DNA of 64,000 nt, from assembly GCA_944387845.1 (NCBI GenBank), contig CALXGH010000039.1:14930-78929 (forward strand), in the 5' to 3' direction. Of this stretch, positions 36,181-45,118 are shown piece by piece. This DNA comes from an uncultured Oscillospiraceae bacterium (GTDB lineage Bacteria; Bacillota; Clostridia; Oscillospirales; Oscillospiraceae). The position numbers were made by a program, and so were the translations under genes. The notes below the pieces were generated by a model. That model was not told the origin of the DNA. It worked only from the letters and a program-made list of their open reading frames with translations, and did no database searches. The first letter of the stretch is position 1. Every line of letters starts with the position of its first letter.

Positions 36181-36192
36181 GAAGTGATATAT

Positions 36193-36906
36193 TTGGCACA
36201 GCTTACATGTAAAGATCTCTGTCTTGGCTACGACGGAAAAGTTATCGTGGAAAACATAAACTTTTCCGTGTCCCAGGGGGATTCCCTGTATATTTTAGGT
36301 GAAAATGGCTCAGGAAAAAGTACGCTCGTAAAGACCATACTTGGCCTTATGCCGCCTGTGTCTGGAACAGTAGAGACCTCCGACGGTTTAAGCCCTACAC
36401 AAATAGGCTATCTGCCCCAGCAGACCATGGTCCAGAAAGATTTTCCCGCTTCTGTTCGGGAGGTCGTTATGTCCGGTTTTGCCGGAAAAAGCGGGCTGCG
36501 TCCCTTTTATACAAAAGAGGAAAAGCGGGCTTGCGCTGAAAATATGAAAAAGATGGGCATCTCCGATTTTGCCTCCAGGTGTTACAGGGAGCTGTCCGGC
36601 GGCCAGCAGCAGAGAGTCCTTCTGGCCCGAGCTCTGTGTGCGGCGGATAAAATGCTGCTTCTTGATGAGCCTGTGGCTGGCCTGGACCCGAAAGTCTCCC
36701 ACGAGATGTATGAGACAATAGACACTCTCAACAAAAAGTACAAAATGACTATAATCATGGTGTCCCATGACATACCGGCGGCCTTAAAATACGCCACACA
36801 TATACTCCATGTTGGCAGTGAGGTCTTCTTTGGTGCTCTGGACCAGTACCTGGGCAGTCAACTGGGCTCACATTACACAAAAATTCACGGCGGAGGGGAA
36901 CAATGA
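36193..36906 (+). CDS. znuC: Zinc ABC transporter ATP-binding protein
   Basis: Walker A GENGSGKST, signature LSGGQQQR, Walker B LLLDEP. TTG at 36193 lies 8 nt after AGGAAG. The alternative GTG at 36184 has no spacing to the SD. Confidence 0.88.
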   Translation: MAQLTCKDLCLGYDGKVIVENINFSVSQGDSLYILGENGSGKSTLVKTILGLMPPVSGTVETSDGLSPTQIGYLPQQTMVQKDFPASVREVVMSGFAGKSGLRPFYTKEEKRACAENMKKMGISDFASRCYRELSGGQQQRVLLARALCAADKMLLLDEPVAGLDPKVSHEMYETIDTLNKKYKMTIIMVSHDIPAALKYATHILHVGSEVFFGALDQYLGSQLGSHYTKIHGGGEQ

Positions 36907-37751
36907 GCGATATTTATGAAAAATTATATTACTATTTCCAGTTTCCCTTTGTAAGATACGCCCTTATTGTCGGTGTTCTTATAGCGCTCTGCTCTTCCCT
37001 TCTTGGGGTAACCCTGGTTTTAAAGCGTTTTTCCTTTATCGGCGACGGTCTGTCCCATGTGGCATTTGGAGCAATAGCTATAGCTTCCGTCTTTAATCTC
37101 ACAAACGACATGCCATTTGTTCTGCTCATAACTGTTATCAGCGCGATAGCCCTTCTTGCTGCGGGAAACAACAGGCGGATAAATGGTGATGCCATTATAG
37201 CAATGATATCCGTCAGCGCTCTTGCCATAGGCTATCTGCTCATGAATATTTTTTCCGTCTCCACAAATCTGTCTGGCGATGTATGCAGTACTCTTTTTGG
37301 CTCAACCTCAATTTTGACTTTGTCGGTATACGAAGTCTGGCTCTGCGCTATACTGTCCTTTGCCGTGGTAGCATTTTTCATCTTTTTTTACAATAAAATT
37401 TTCAGCATTTCATTTGACGAGAATTTTTCCAGGGCCACAGGCACAAAGGCCGGCGCATATAATATCTTTATCGCTGTGATAATCGCAATAATAATTGTTC
37501 TGGCTATGAACCTCGTAGGGTCTCTTCTGATATCAGCTCTTATAGTGTTCCCCGCCCTTTCAGCCATGAGCATTTTCAAAAGTTTCAAGTCAGTAACGAT
37601 ATGCTCCGCATTAATGTCTGTTACATGTACGCTGGCTGGAATTTTGATTTCGATACTCGCCGGCACCCCTGTGGGCTCCACTATTGTAGCAGTATACATT
37701 GTTGTTTTCGCTCTTTTCTACGGCGTAGGGAAAATCACTGTTCGAAAATAA
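36903..37751 (+). CDS. znuB: Metal ABC transporter permease (ZnuB family)
   Basis: 282 aa, polytopic. 4-nt overlap with znuC. Family-typical sequence. Confidence 0.88.
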   Translation: MSDIYEKLYYYFQFPFVRYALIVGVLIALCSSLLGVTLVLKRFSFIGDGLSHVAFGAIAIASVFNLTNDMPFVLLITVISAIALLAAGNNRRINGDAIIAMISVSALAIGYLLMNIFSVSTNLSGDVCSTLFGSTSILTLSVYEVWLCAILSFAVVAFFIFFYNKIFSISFDENFSRATGTKAGAYNIFIAVIIAIIIVLAMNLVGSLLISALIVFPALSAMSIFKSFKSVTICSALMSVTCTLAGILISILAGTPVGSTIVAVYIVVFALFYGVGKITVRK

Positions 37752-37828
37752 TTTGAACATTTTCCCATCAAATTCCGGTGAATTATCAGATATTTTTTGT
37801 TAATTTAAGCAAGCACAACTATCATTCA

Positions 37829-37857
37829 TTGACATTTTGTAAAACTTCAGTTAAACT
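37829..37857 (+). promoter_or_regulatory. Sigma-A promoter upstream of the MATE gene
   Basis: TTGACA (37829-37834), 17 nt spacer, TAAACT (37852-37857). Leader of about 120 nt. Confidence 0.5.
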
Positions 37858-37979
37858 TATTTTAAGTCTGCTGTTATTACCTATTTTGAATAATGTTCTT
37901 TGCATATTATTTACTTATATCTAATTGCAGCCTGCCGTAGATTGTTCTGCGGCATTAATTTTTCACCGGAGGTGCTTCT

Positions 37980-39401
37980 ATGGCAAAATCATCACAAAAT
38001 AAAAGCGCTCGTGAGACAATGATGCTTACAGAACCTATGAGTAAGATCATACCGAAGTTGGCTATACCTACCATCATCGCCTTCCTCATAAACTCCATAT
38101 ACAGTCTAGCTGATACTTATTTTGTAAGCTCACTTGGTACCAACGCCACAGCGGCTGTCAGCGTAAATAACTCCCTTGATCAGCTTATCATGATGGCTGG
38201 TTCACTTCTGGCTATCGGTGCTAACAGCTATATTGCCCGCCTTCTTGGCGCCCGTCAGAAAGAAGAGGCAAGCAGGGTCCTCTCCACATGTTTCTTCCTG
38301 GCTATGGGTGTTGGCGCTTTTATTATGGTAGCAGGTATTGCATTTATGGAACCTATGGTACGTCTTCTTGGCGCCACAGATACATGTATGCAGTATTCCA
38401 TAGATTATGCCACTTATGTTCTATACGCAGCTCCGTTTATGGCTGCAAACTTTGTAATGAACCAGTGCCTGCGTTCTGAGGGCAGCGCTATGCTCTCAAT
38501 GATCGGCATGGGTTTCGGCGGAATACTCAACTGTTTCCTGGATCCAATATTTATTTTCAACCTGAATATGGGTGTTGCCGGAGCGTCTCTGGCCACCGCA
38601 ATTTCAAAGCTCGTCAGCTTTGCTATCCTCATATTCCCATACATTACACGGCGCAGCATGCTGCACCTGTCCATAAAAAAGATACATATCAAGTGGTCCA
38701 TACTTGAAGAAGTTATCAGCATAGGTACTCCTTCAATGTGCCGCACAGGTCTCAGTGTTATTTCAGGTATCCTTATAAATAACGTAGCCGGCGGCATCTC
38801 CGATTCCGTTCTTGCGGGTATTGGCGTATCCACAAAAGTAATGATGTTCCCCATGGGTCTCGTTCTGGGCTTCGGTAACGGCTTCCAGCCTGTATCTGGT
38901 TTCAACTGGGGCGCTAAAAGATTTGACAGGGTTAGAGACAGTTACACTTTCTCAGCCAAGGTCTCAGCCATCGGTTCTATTATCACAGGATTTGCTCTTG
39001 CGTTTTTCGCCCCTCAGGTAATAAGCCTCTTTACTGAGACAGACCCGGAGATGCTTGCTCTGGGATCTTTGTGTATACGTCTGCAGTGTATCGTTCTACC
39101 GGTTCACGCCTGGGTTACCGTTGTAAATATGTTCTGCGGCGCTCTTGGATACGCTCGGTACGCTTTCATCCTAGCTACTACAAGACAAGGTACATGTTTC
39201 ATACCTATACTTTATCCGATGGCATATATTTTCGGATCTATCGGTGTTGTTTCTGTTCAGGCTGTAGCAGATGTTCTCAGTATTATCCCCGCAATACCTA
39301 TTATAAAGAAGATGCATAAGACCATAGATACCGAGGAACAAAAATTTCTGCAGGAGTCAAACGGCGAAAACGCCAGTCTGCCTATCTCTGAAAATAACTG
39401 A
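37980..39401 (+). CDS. MATE family efflux transporter
   Basis: 473 aa, 12-TM pattern. N-terminal LAIPTIIAFLINSIYSLADTYFVS is typical of MATE/NorM proteins. Confidence 0.88.
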   Translation: MAKSSQNKSARETMMLTEPMSKIIPKLAIPTIIAFLINSIYSLADTYFVSSLGTNATAAVSVNNSLDQLIMMAGSLLAIGANSYIARLLGARQKEEASRVLSTCFFLAMGVGAFIMVAGIAFMEPMVRLLGATDTCMQYSIDYATYVLYAAPFMAANFVMNQCLRSEGSAMLSMIGMGFGGILNCFLDPIFIFNLNMGVAGASLATAISKLVSFAILIFPYITRRSMLHLSIKKIHIKWSILEEVISIGTPSMCRTGLSVISGILINNVAGGISDSVLAGIGVSTKVMMFPMGLVLGFGNGFQPVSGFNWGAKRFDRVRDSYTFSAKVSAIGSIITGFALAFFAPQVISLFTETDPEMLALGSLCIRLQCIVLPVHAWVTVVNMFCGALGYARYAFILATTRQGTCFIPILYPMAYIFGSIGVVSVQAVADVLSIIPAIPIIKKMHKTIDTEEQKFLQESNGENASLPISENN

Positions 39402-39421
39402 AATAAAATAATCTCAAAAAC

Positions 39422-39459
39422 AAAAAAGCTTCCTTAAAGGAAGCTTTTTTGTTTTTTTT
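39422..39459. terminator. Bidirectional terminator (MATE / esterase)
   Basis: AGCTTCC (39427-39433), loop TTAAA, GGAAGCT (39439-39445). A6 upstream and a long T-run downstream. Confidence 0.8.
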
Positions 39460-39467
39460 AATAACAC

Positions 39468-40262
39468 TTACGCTTTTTCTCCAGCGAGCCAAGCTATCGC
39501 TCTTTCAAGCTGGCGGTTGATGAAGTCCCAGTCGTGGATTCCAGGCTCACTGAAAGCAGTAAACTTGGCGCCCGCTTTTCTCAAGTGTTCAGCAATCTCG
39601 TGGTTTGCGGAGATGAGCGGGTCTTCCGTACCTGTTGTCATATATATCTCAGGCAGCTCCACACCCTCAGCAGCCAGTTTATCGATAAGCCACAACGGGT
39701 TCTTGTCGCTATTTTTTGCCTCTTTTAAATCACCCATGTGGGATCTTACAAATTCCGGTCTATGGAAGAAAACAGGATCATCCGATGAGTAGTTTTCAGC
39801 GTATTCCGGTGTAAGTCCAGGGGATAAGGCGCATATTTTACTAAATACATCGTGGTGCTTAAGTCCATTTCTAAGGGAGCCGTAGCCGCCCATAGAGAAT
39901 CCGCCGATAAAGGTGTCCTCTCTCTTGTCAGAGATTGGCAAAAGAGTTCTCATCATATCAAGAAGCTCACCGCAGACAAAGTCTTCATACAGTGTGTAGC
40001 TGTCATCATGATTAAGATAAAATCCATTTTCGCCATTTGGCATAATAACACAGATATTGTACCTTTCAGCCAGGCTGTGGATTCTTGTTTCAAGAGTCCA
40101 GATAAAATTGTTGTCCCTCATTCCGTGGAGCAGCATAAGAGTCCTGAATATCTCACCTTTCGGGTGCTGTCTGACTTTGCTGTCAAAGGGAACTATAACG
40201 TCTACCGAAACTTTTCTGTTTATCGTATTGGAACGAAGATTTTTTATTTCAAAAAATGCCAT
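39468..40262 (-). CDS. Alpha/beta hydrolase, esterase-D/tributyrin-esterase type
   Basis: Nucleophile elbow GFSMGGYG, with HG oxyanion region LLHGM. The ATG at 40262 lies 9 nt after AAAGGAG. Confidence 0.8.
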   Translation of the reverse strand: MAFFEIKNLRSNTINRKVSVDVIVPFDSKVRQHPKGEIFRTLMLLHGMRDNNFIWTLETRIHSLAERYNICVIMPNGENGFYLNHDDSYTLYEDFVCGELLDMMRTLLPISDKREDTFIGGFSMGGYGSLRNGLKHHDVFSKICALSPGLTPEYAENYSSDDPVFFHRPEFVRSHMGDLKEAKNSDKNPLWLIDKLAAEGVELPEIYMTTGTEDPLISANHEIAEHLRKAGAKFTAFSEPGIHDWDFINRQLERAIAWLAGEKA

Positions 40263-40412
40263 AGACTGGAGCTCCTTTCTATACATAAAATCATACAAAC
40301 ATTATATATTAATTGGTCCCCAGTCGCAATGCTCACATACCAAATAAAACCAGTACAAAACTCAGAATCATTTAAACAACAGGTAAAATTTTTTAATATT
40401 TTCACTTTCCCA

Positions 40413-40473
40413 TTGACATATATATCGAACCGCGATATATTATACATAGTAGTGCGATATATTGTAGTTCGAT
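40413..40473 (+). promoter_or_regulatory. padR promoter with nested repeats (candidate PadR operator)
   Basis: TTGACA (40413-40418), 17 nt spacer, TATATT (40436-40441). Direct repeats GCGATATATT at 40432-40441 and 40454-40463. Flanking inverted repeat ATCGAAC (40424-40430) / GTTCGAT (40467-40473). Confidence 0.55.
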
Positions 40474-40491
40474 GCATCGGAGGAGAAATAT

Positions 40492-40806
40492 TTGGATCAG
40501 CATATAAAAAAAGTTTATGTTCCCATGACTGAAACGGCTTTTTACATTCTGCTTTGTCTTAGAAAGCCCAACCACGGTTATGGGATCGTTCAGAAAGTCG
40601 AAAAACTTACTGATGGAATCATACGTCTTGCCCCCGGCACTATGTACGGCAGCCTTTCAAAAATGGAAAAGGACGGTCTTATAAAATTTGTCCGTGAAGA
40701 AGACAAGCGAAAAATATACATTATCACCGACCTTGGCTCAGAGGTACTGGAAATTGAGCGCAGACGCATTGAAAGATTATACCGAATTGCCCAGGAGGAA
40801 ATATAA
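40492..40806 (+). CDS. PadR family transcriptional regulator
   Basis: 104 aa. ILLCLRKPNHGYGIVQKVEKLTDGIIRLAPGTMYGSLSKMEKDGLI is the PadR winged helix. TTG start 6 nt after GGAGGAG. Confidence 0.88.
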   Translation: MDQHIKKVYVPMTETAFYILLCLRKPNHGYGIVQKVEKLTDGIIRLAPGTMYGSLSKMEKDGLIKFVREEDKRKIYIITDLGSEVLEIERRRIERLYRIAQEEI

Positions 40807-40807
40807 A

Positions 40808-41338
40808 ATGCAGACAAAAAAGGCCTTAAAATTTTTCTCAATTTTTGAATATGAAAAAGAGCAAGATTATCTTCGAAATATGCACAAATCCGGGTGGAAA
40901 TTTGTATGTATATCTGGTTTCTGCGTCTATCATTTTGAAAAGTGCGAGCCTGAAGATGTGATCTATCAGCTTGACTACAATCAGGAGGGCATTGCCCACA
41001 AAGACGAGTACATAAAAATGTTTGAGGACTGCGGCTGGGAATATCTTCAGGATTATGTGGGGTACAGCTATTTCAGAAAGCCGGCGGCCCAAATGGCAGG
41101 CTCAGAAGAGATATTCTGCGACGATGACTCAAGACGTCAAATGATGAGCCGTGTCTTTAAAGGCAGAATTCTACCAGCATTCGCCATTTTCTTCTGTGTA
41201 ATTATCCCCAACTTCTTAATGAGCATGGATGGTCAGAATTATGCCGCTACGGCAATATTTGGTCTTTTGACAGGAATATATTTAGGGTGTTTCGGTCTTT
41301 TTGCCTACAAGTACATGAGCCTAAAAAAAAGAAGGTAA
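40808..41338 (+). CDS. DUF2812-family membrane protein (usual PadR partner)
   Basis: The ATG at 40808 lies 1 nt after the padR stop. FEYEKEQDYLRNMHKSGWKF is the typical N-terminus. Two C-terminal TM helices. Confidence 0.75.
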   Translation: MQTKKALKFFSIFEYEKEQDYLRNMHKSGWKFVCISGFCVYHFEKCEPEDVIYQLDYNQEGIAHKDEYIKMFEDCGWEYLQDYVGYSYFRKPAAQMAGSEEIFCDDDSRRQMMSRVFKGRILPAFAIFFCVIIPNFLMSMDGQNYAATAIFGLLTGIYLGCFGLFAYKYMSLKKRR

Positions 41339-41441
41339 CTGGTTTTGCCCCTACTTTCTCCTAACAATTTAAAACGTCGTTTAAATACAATTGTGCAGCG
41401 TCAGCTCACAGAAAGGAGCCGCACCGGTAAAGGAAAATCAG

Positions 41442-41479
41442 AAAGCGGAATATGCCATAATGGCATATTCCGCTTTTTT
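41442..41479. terminator. Bidirectional terminator (DUF2812 gene / spoVT)
   Basis: AGCGGAATATGCCA (41444-41457), loop TAA, TGGCATATTCCGCT (41461-41474), then TTTTT. Confidence 0.85.
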
Positions 41480-42018
41480 CAGCTCTCCATCTGTTTTCCC
41501 AAAAATCCCGCCACTGTCTGGGCGAGCTTATATTCTGTCTCCGTTGTGGCCTTGTCCTCTTCCCCGAAGAAGATGACGCAACCCATAACGTCGCCTTCAG
41601 TCAGGACAGGCGCGGCAATAAGGGCGGAGTATTTATCTGTACTGCCTGAGAGCACCACTCTCTCTCCCCCCGGCTGATACTGGAATATCTGCCTTCCGTT
41701 CATTACCCCCTCCAGTTCGCCGCTTATTTGCTTACCCAAAAGATCTCTCTTCGGCGCTCCGCACACGGCAATGATATTGTCTCTGTCTGTTATGGCCGTG
41801 GGGTATCCGGAGGTTTTCCCAAGGGTATCGCACATCTGAACGGCAAAGTCGGACAGTTCGTTCATAGGCGAATATTTTTTAAAGATGACCTCTCCATCTT
41901 TGTCCGTAAATATTTCAAGAGGGTCGCCCTCCCTGATCCTCATCGTACGTCTGATCTCTTTCGGAATTACGACTCGGCCCAGATCGTCGATCCTTCTTAC
42001 AATTCCTGTTGCTTTCAT
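41479..42018 (-). CDS. spoVT: Stage V sporulation protein T (AbrB-type SpoVT with a GAF domain)
   Basis: MKATGIVRRIDDLGRVVIPKEIRRTMRIREGDPLEIF is the swapped-hairpin AbrB N-domain. 179 aa. Confidence 0.92.
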   Translation of the reverse strand: MKATGIVRRIDDLGRVVIPKEIRRTMRIREGDPLEIFTDKDGEVIFKKYSPMNELSDFAVQMCDTLGKTSGYPTAITDRDNIIAVCGAPKRDLLGKQISGELEGVMNGRQIFQYQPGGERVVLSGSTDKYSALIAAPVLTEGDVMGCVIFFGEEDKATTETEYKLAQTVAGFLGKQMES

Positions 42019-42347
42019 TTTTTACCTCCAGTGTGTTCTATATAAAGTTAATGCTGAGCAAAATTAGGTTAACCTTATTATGTGGCAGTTTTGGCAGATT
42101 ATTCATAAGAACTCCTTTAAAATGAGGTAAAATTTCATGACTTCTAAAAATTTTCAGTTTTCAAAATAAATTTTCAGCGGAAGAGTATTTTAGTATTATA
42201 CAACGCTGGCTTTTTAAGGTATAATAAAGGTATAAGGATGTTGAACGGAACAGATACCCTGCCGAAATTACATAGCACCGTTCATAGTCCATATAAAAGT
42301 GTAAAGAACAAAATAAGAAATAAATAAGGAATTTGGGAGGGTAAACT

Positions 42348-43274
42348 ATGAAAAAAACATTGGCAATTTTGCTTGTGCTCTTGATGGTCGCTGGTTTTTC
42401 CGCTTGCGGAGGCTCCAAGAACTATTTAGGTACATACAAATGCGTCCGTTACGAGTACGGTGGTATGGCCGTTGATCCTGACGAAAACGATGCTATCACC
42501 TTGGAAGCTGACGGCAAGGGCATTTTTACCAGCTATGGTACGGAAATCGACATTCTATGGAAGATAGACGGCGAAACGTTTACTATTGAAAATAATACCG
42601 GCTACGAAGAAACCTATTCCGGTACTCTCAAAGACGGTGTCATAACAATTGATATTGAAGGCGTTACTGCCATCTTCGCAAAAGACGGAGCTCAGGTTCC
42701 GGATATGTCCCAATCCGGCGATGACGTAGACGATACCGAAGGTACTGTTATACCCGACGAAATCCTGTCTTACTGGAACAGAGACTGGTACGGCTGGTGG
42801 GCTGTTTACGATTGCACCGGCTCCTACGAGGAATGGGAAGGATACTGGTGGGATACTGGCGCACGCTTTGAGATAAATTACAGCGGCCACGGTACAGTTA
42901 ATATTTGGGATGAGGATCTGCCGGACCACAATGACGGTGTAGCTTCCGTAGAGGTCCAGCTTGACACCTCAAGCGCAAGCCAGTATGGTGATCTCCGTTC
43001 ACTGGACGGATGGTTCATGGACTCTTTCATTTCAGAAAATGACCTTACTATCTACCCTGAGCAGTCATTATACGAGAACATGGTAACGATCGAAGGCACC
43101 TACACAACAAGCGACGGCAGCTATTCATATCTGTTCGTTCTCCGTCCATGGGGCACTGTCTGGGACGATGTTGAGGCTGATTCTCCTGATGATCTGCCTT
43201 ACTACTATTACGACTGGTACCTGCCACTTATTGAGGATGGCAAACCAATGCCTGACACAACAATAGGCCAGTAA
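42348..43274 (+). CDS. Lipoprotein, hypothetical (Trp/Tyr/Asp-rich C-terminal half)
   Basis: Signal peptide plus lipobox GFSACGG. SD GGGAGGG. No family recognised. Confidence 0.7.
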   Translation: MKKTLAILLVLLMVAGFSACGGSKNYLGTYKCVRYEYGGMAVDPDENDAITLEADGKGIFTSYGTEIDILWKIDGETFTIENNTGYEETYSGTLKDGVITIDIEGVTAIFAKDGAQVPDMSQSGDDVDDTEGTVIPDEILSYWNRDWYGWWAVYDCTGSYEEWEGYWWDTGARFEINYSGHGTVNIWDEDLPDHNDGVASVEVQLDTSSASQYGDLRSLDGWFMDSFISENDLTIYPEQSLYENMVTIEGTYTTSDGSYSYLFVLRPWGTVWDDVEADSPDDLPYYYYDWYLPLIEDGKPMPDTTIGQ

Positions 43275-43541
43275 AAATATCTACATAAAGATAATTGAAA
43301 CATAAATACGAACCTGGCGGCGCTGTTAATGGTGCCGCCAGGTTCGCATCTCCGGCCAATCTGCCTATCTCTTTTCTGTACTGTTCAATGCCACCCAACA
43401 TAAAATATTTTTTGCCTTTTCAATACGCACAATCCCCTGCAATAGCGGTAGATAATAAATTTAAAACAGGGCAAGGAATTAATGTTTTGCTAAGATATCC
43501 TCTAAAGGGCTTTTTAGGTGTTATACAGTGCAGGCAGGCTG

Positions 43542-43570
43542 TTGATTTACACAGGGGTATGGCATATAAT
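43542..43570 (+). promoter_or_regulatory. Sigma-A promoter of the glycerol-1-phosphate dehydrogenase-like gene
   Basis: TTGATT (43542-43547), 17 nt spacer, TATAAT (43565-43570). Confidence 0.7.
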
Positions 43571-43609
43571 CTAAATTAACAATAGCGGAATAGTGAAAGG
43601 AGCGTTTTT

Positions 43610-44875
43610 ATGGACATCAATGAACTGCTCCGCGGAGTGGACTGCCCATGCGGAAAATTTCACACCTGCGACATTAAATATGTTTACATCGAACCGAACG
43701 CCACAGAAAGACTTAGAGATATATGCGCTGAATATAAAAATGTTTTGATAGTTGCCGATGAAAACACATACGCTGCTGCCGGTGGCAGGGTTTCCAAGGC
43801 GCTGTCTGACAAAACCACGCAAGAAGTTATCTTCCCCGGAAGTCAAATACTGGTGCCAGACGAAAAGGCTATAGAGGCCGTAGAGCGCATGACAGACGAG
43901 ACTGAGCTCATTGTGGGCATAGGCTCCGGCGTTATACAGGACCTTTGCAAATTTGTCTCCTTTAGCAAAAAAATACCGTATATGATCGTAGCCACCGCTC
44001 CATCTATGGACGGTTATGCTTCAAACGGCGCCGCCATGATCACAGATGGTATGAAAGTAACCTATCCTGCCGGACTTCCCACCGCCATAATCGCTGACAC
44101 GGCCGTTTTGAAAGACGCACCTATGGATATGATTAAGGCCGGTTTCGGCGATATAATCGGCAAATTCTCCGCATTAAACGACTGGAAACTCAGTAAGTGC
44201 GTAAATGGGGAATATTTCTGCCAGTATATATATGACCTTACTTATCAGCAGATTCAGAAAATGCTGGATCTGGCAGACGGCATACAAAAACGGGACGAAA
44301 AGACTATTGGCGCTCTTATGGAGGCCCTTGTCATAGTAGGTATACTTATGAGCTTTGCCGGTTCATCAAGACCTGCCTCTGGCAGTGAACACCATCTGTC
44401 CCATTTCTTCGAGATAACAGGAATCGTAGAAAATGTCCCTTATTTGGCTCACGGTCTTGATGTAGTATACTCTACTGTTATAACTGCTAAAATTCGTGAG
44501 AAAATATTAAAAAGCAAATTCCCCGACAAGCTGTTCCGGCTCAGCAGATCACAGTATGAAAAGACAATAAAAGAAATATACACGGACGTTGCCGACGGAT
44601 GTATTGCCCTTCAGGACAAAGTTGGCAATTACGCAAAAGACAGGCTGGGTGTTTACCACGAAAAAGAGGCGGAGATCCGCGATATTCTCTCTGAGATGCC
44701 GTCTTCCGAAGAAATTTTAAAGATTCTTGATCTGGTGGCACTTGACATAAATGAGTACTACTCCCTCTATGGAGAGAAGAAAATAAAAGACGCCATCTTA
44801 TACGCCAAAGATCTTAAGGACAGATATACTGTTTTGTGGCTAAATTATGATCTTTTCGGCGGCGACAATAATTAG
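43610..44875 (+). CDS. sn-Glycerol-1-phosphate dehydrogenase family protein (AraM/EgsA-like, iron-containing alcohol dehydrogenase fold)
   Basis: GIGSGVIQDLCKF nucleotide-binding loop, APSMDGYAS, metal-site region SGSEHHLSHFFE. 421 aa. Confidence 0.7.
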   Translation: MDINELLRGVDCPCGKFHTCDIKYVYIEPNATERLRDICAEYKNVLIVADENTYAAAGGRVSKALSDKTTQEVIFPGSQILVPDEKAIEAVERMTDETELIVGIGSGVIQDLCKFVSFSKKIPYMIVATAPSMDGYASNGAAMITDGMKVTYPAGLPTAIIADTAVLKDAPMDMIKAGFGDIIGKFSALNDWKLSKCVNGEYFCQYIYDLTYQQIQKMLDLADGIQKRDEKTIGALMEALVIVGILMSFAGSSRPASGSEHHLSHFFEITGIVENVPYLAHGLDVVYSTVITAKIREKILKSKFPDKLFRLSRSQYEKTIKEIYTDVADGCIALQDKVGNYAKDRLGVYHEKEAEIRDILSEMPSSEEILKILDLVALDINEYYSLYGEKKIKDAILYAKDLKDRYTVLWLNYDLFGGDNN

Positions 44876-45118
44876 GCCGGTTTGAAAAATACTCATCTCC
44901 GGCGTCTACTGTACTGACCAGACCTGTCGGATGATGGTATTTATCCCGGAAAAGCCATTTCGCGGTCGGAAATATTTCTGCCCGCTTGTCATCTTCATGT
45001 ATATTATTTATCTATTTTATATATTTTAAAATAATAGTGAAAATATTCCCGAAAGGGACTGTTTTAAGTAAATTTTATTTCAGGCGCGGAAAGCGCCTTT
45101 TAACAGGTGGACAAACAA

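Noticed and set aside
39852-40532. 226-aa plus-strand ORF opposite the esterase gene, running into the padR promoter.
   Set aside because: It overlaps the esterase (GFSMGGYG) in antisense and reads through the padR promoter and operator. The composition is not protein-like.
44876-45118. c-di-AMP (ydaO/kimA-type) riboswitch upstream of ktrB.
   Set aside because: I looked for it because ktr genes are often controlled this way. Only two small hairpins are present: TCCC-GAAA-GGGA at 45047-45058, and AGGCGC-GGAAA-GCGCCT-TTT at 45082-45101. None of the conserved riboswitch core strings I remember appear. A covariance-model scan would settle it.
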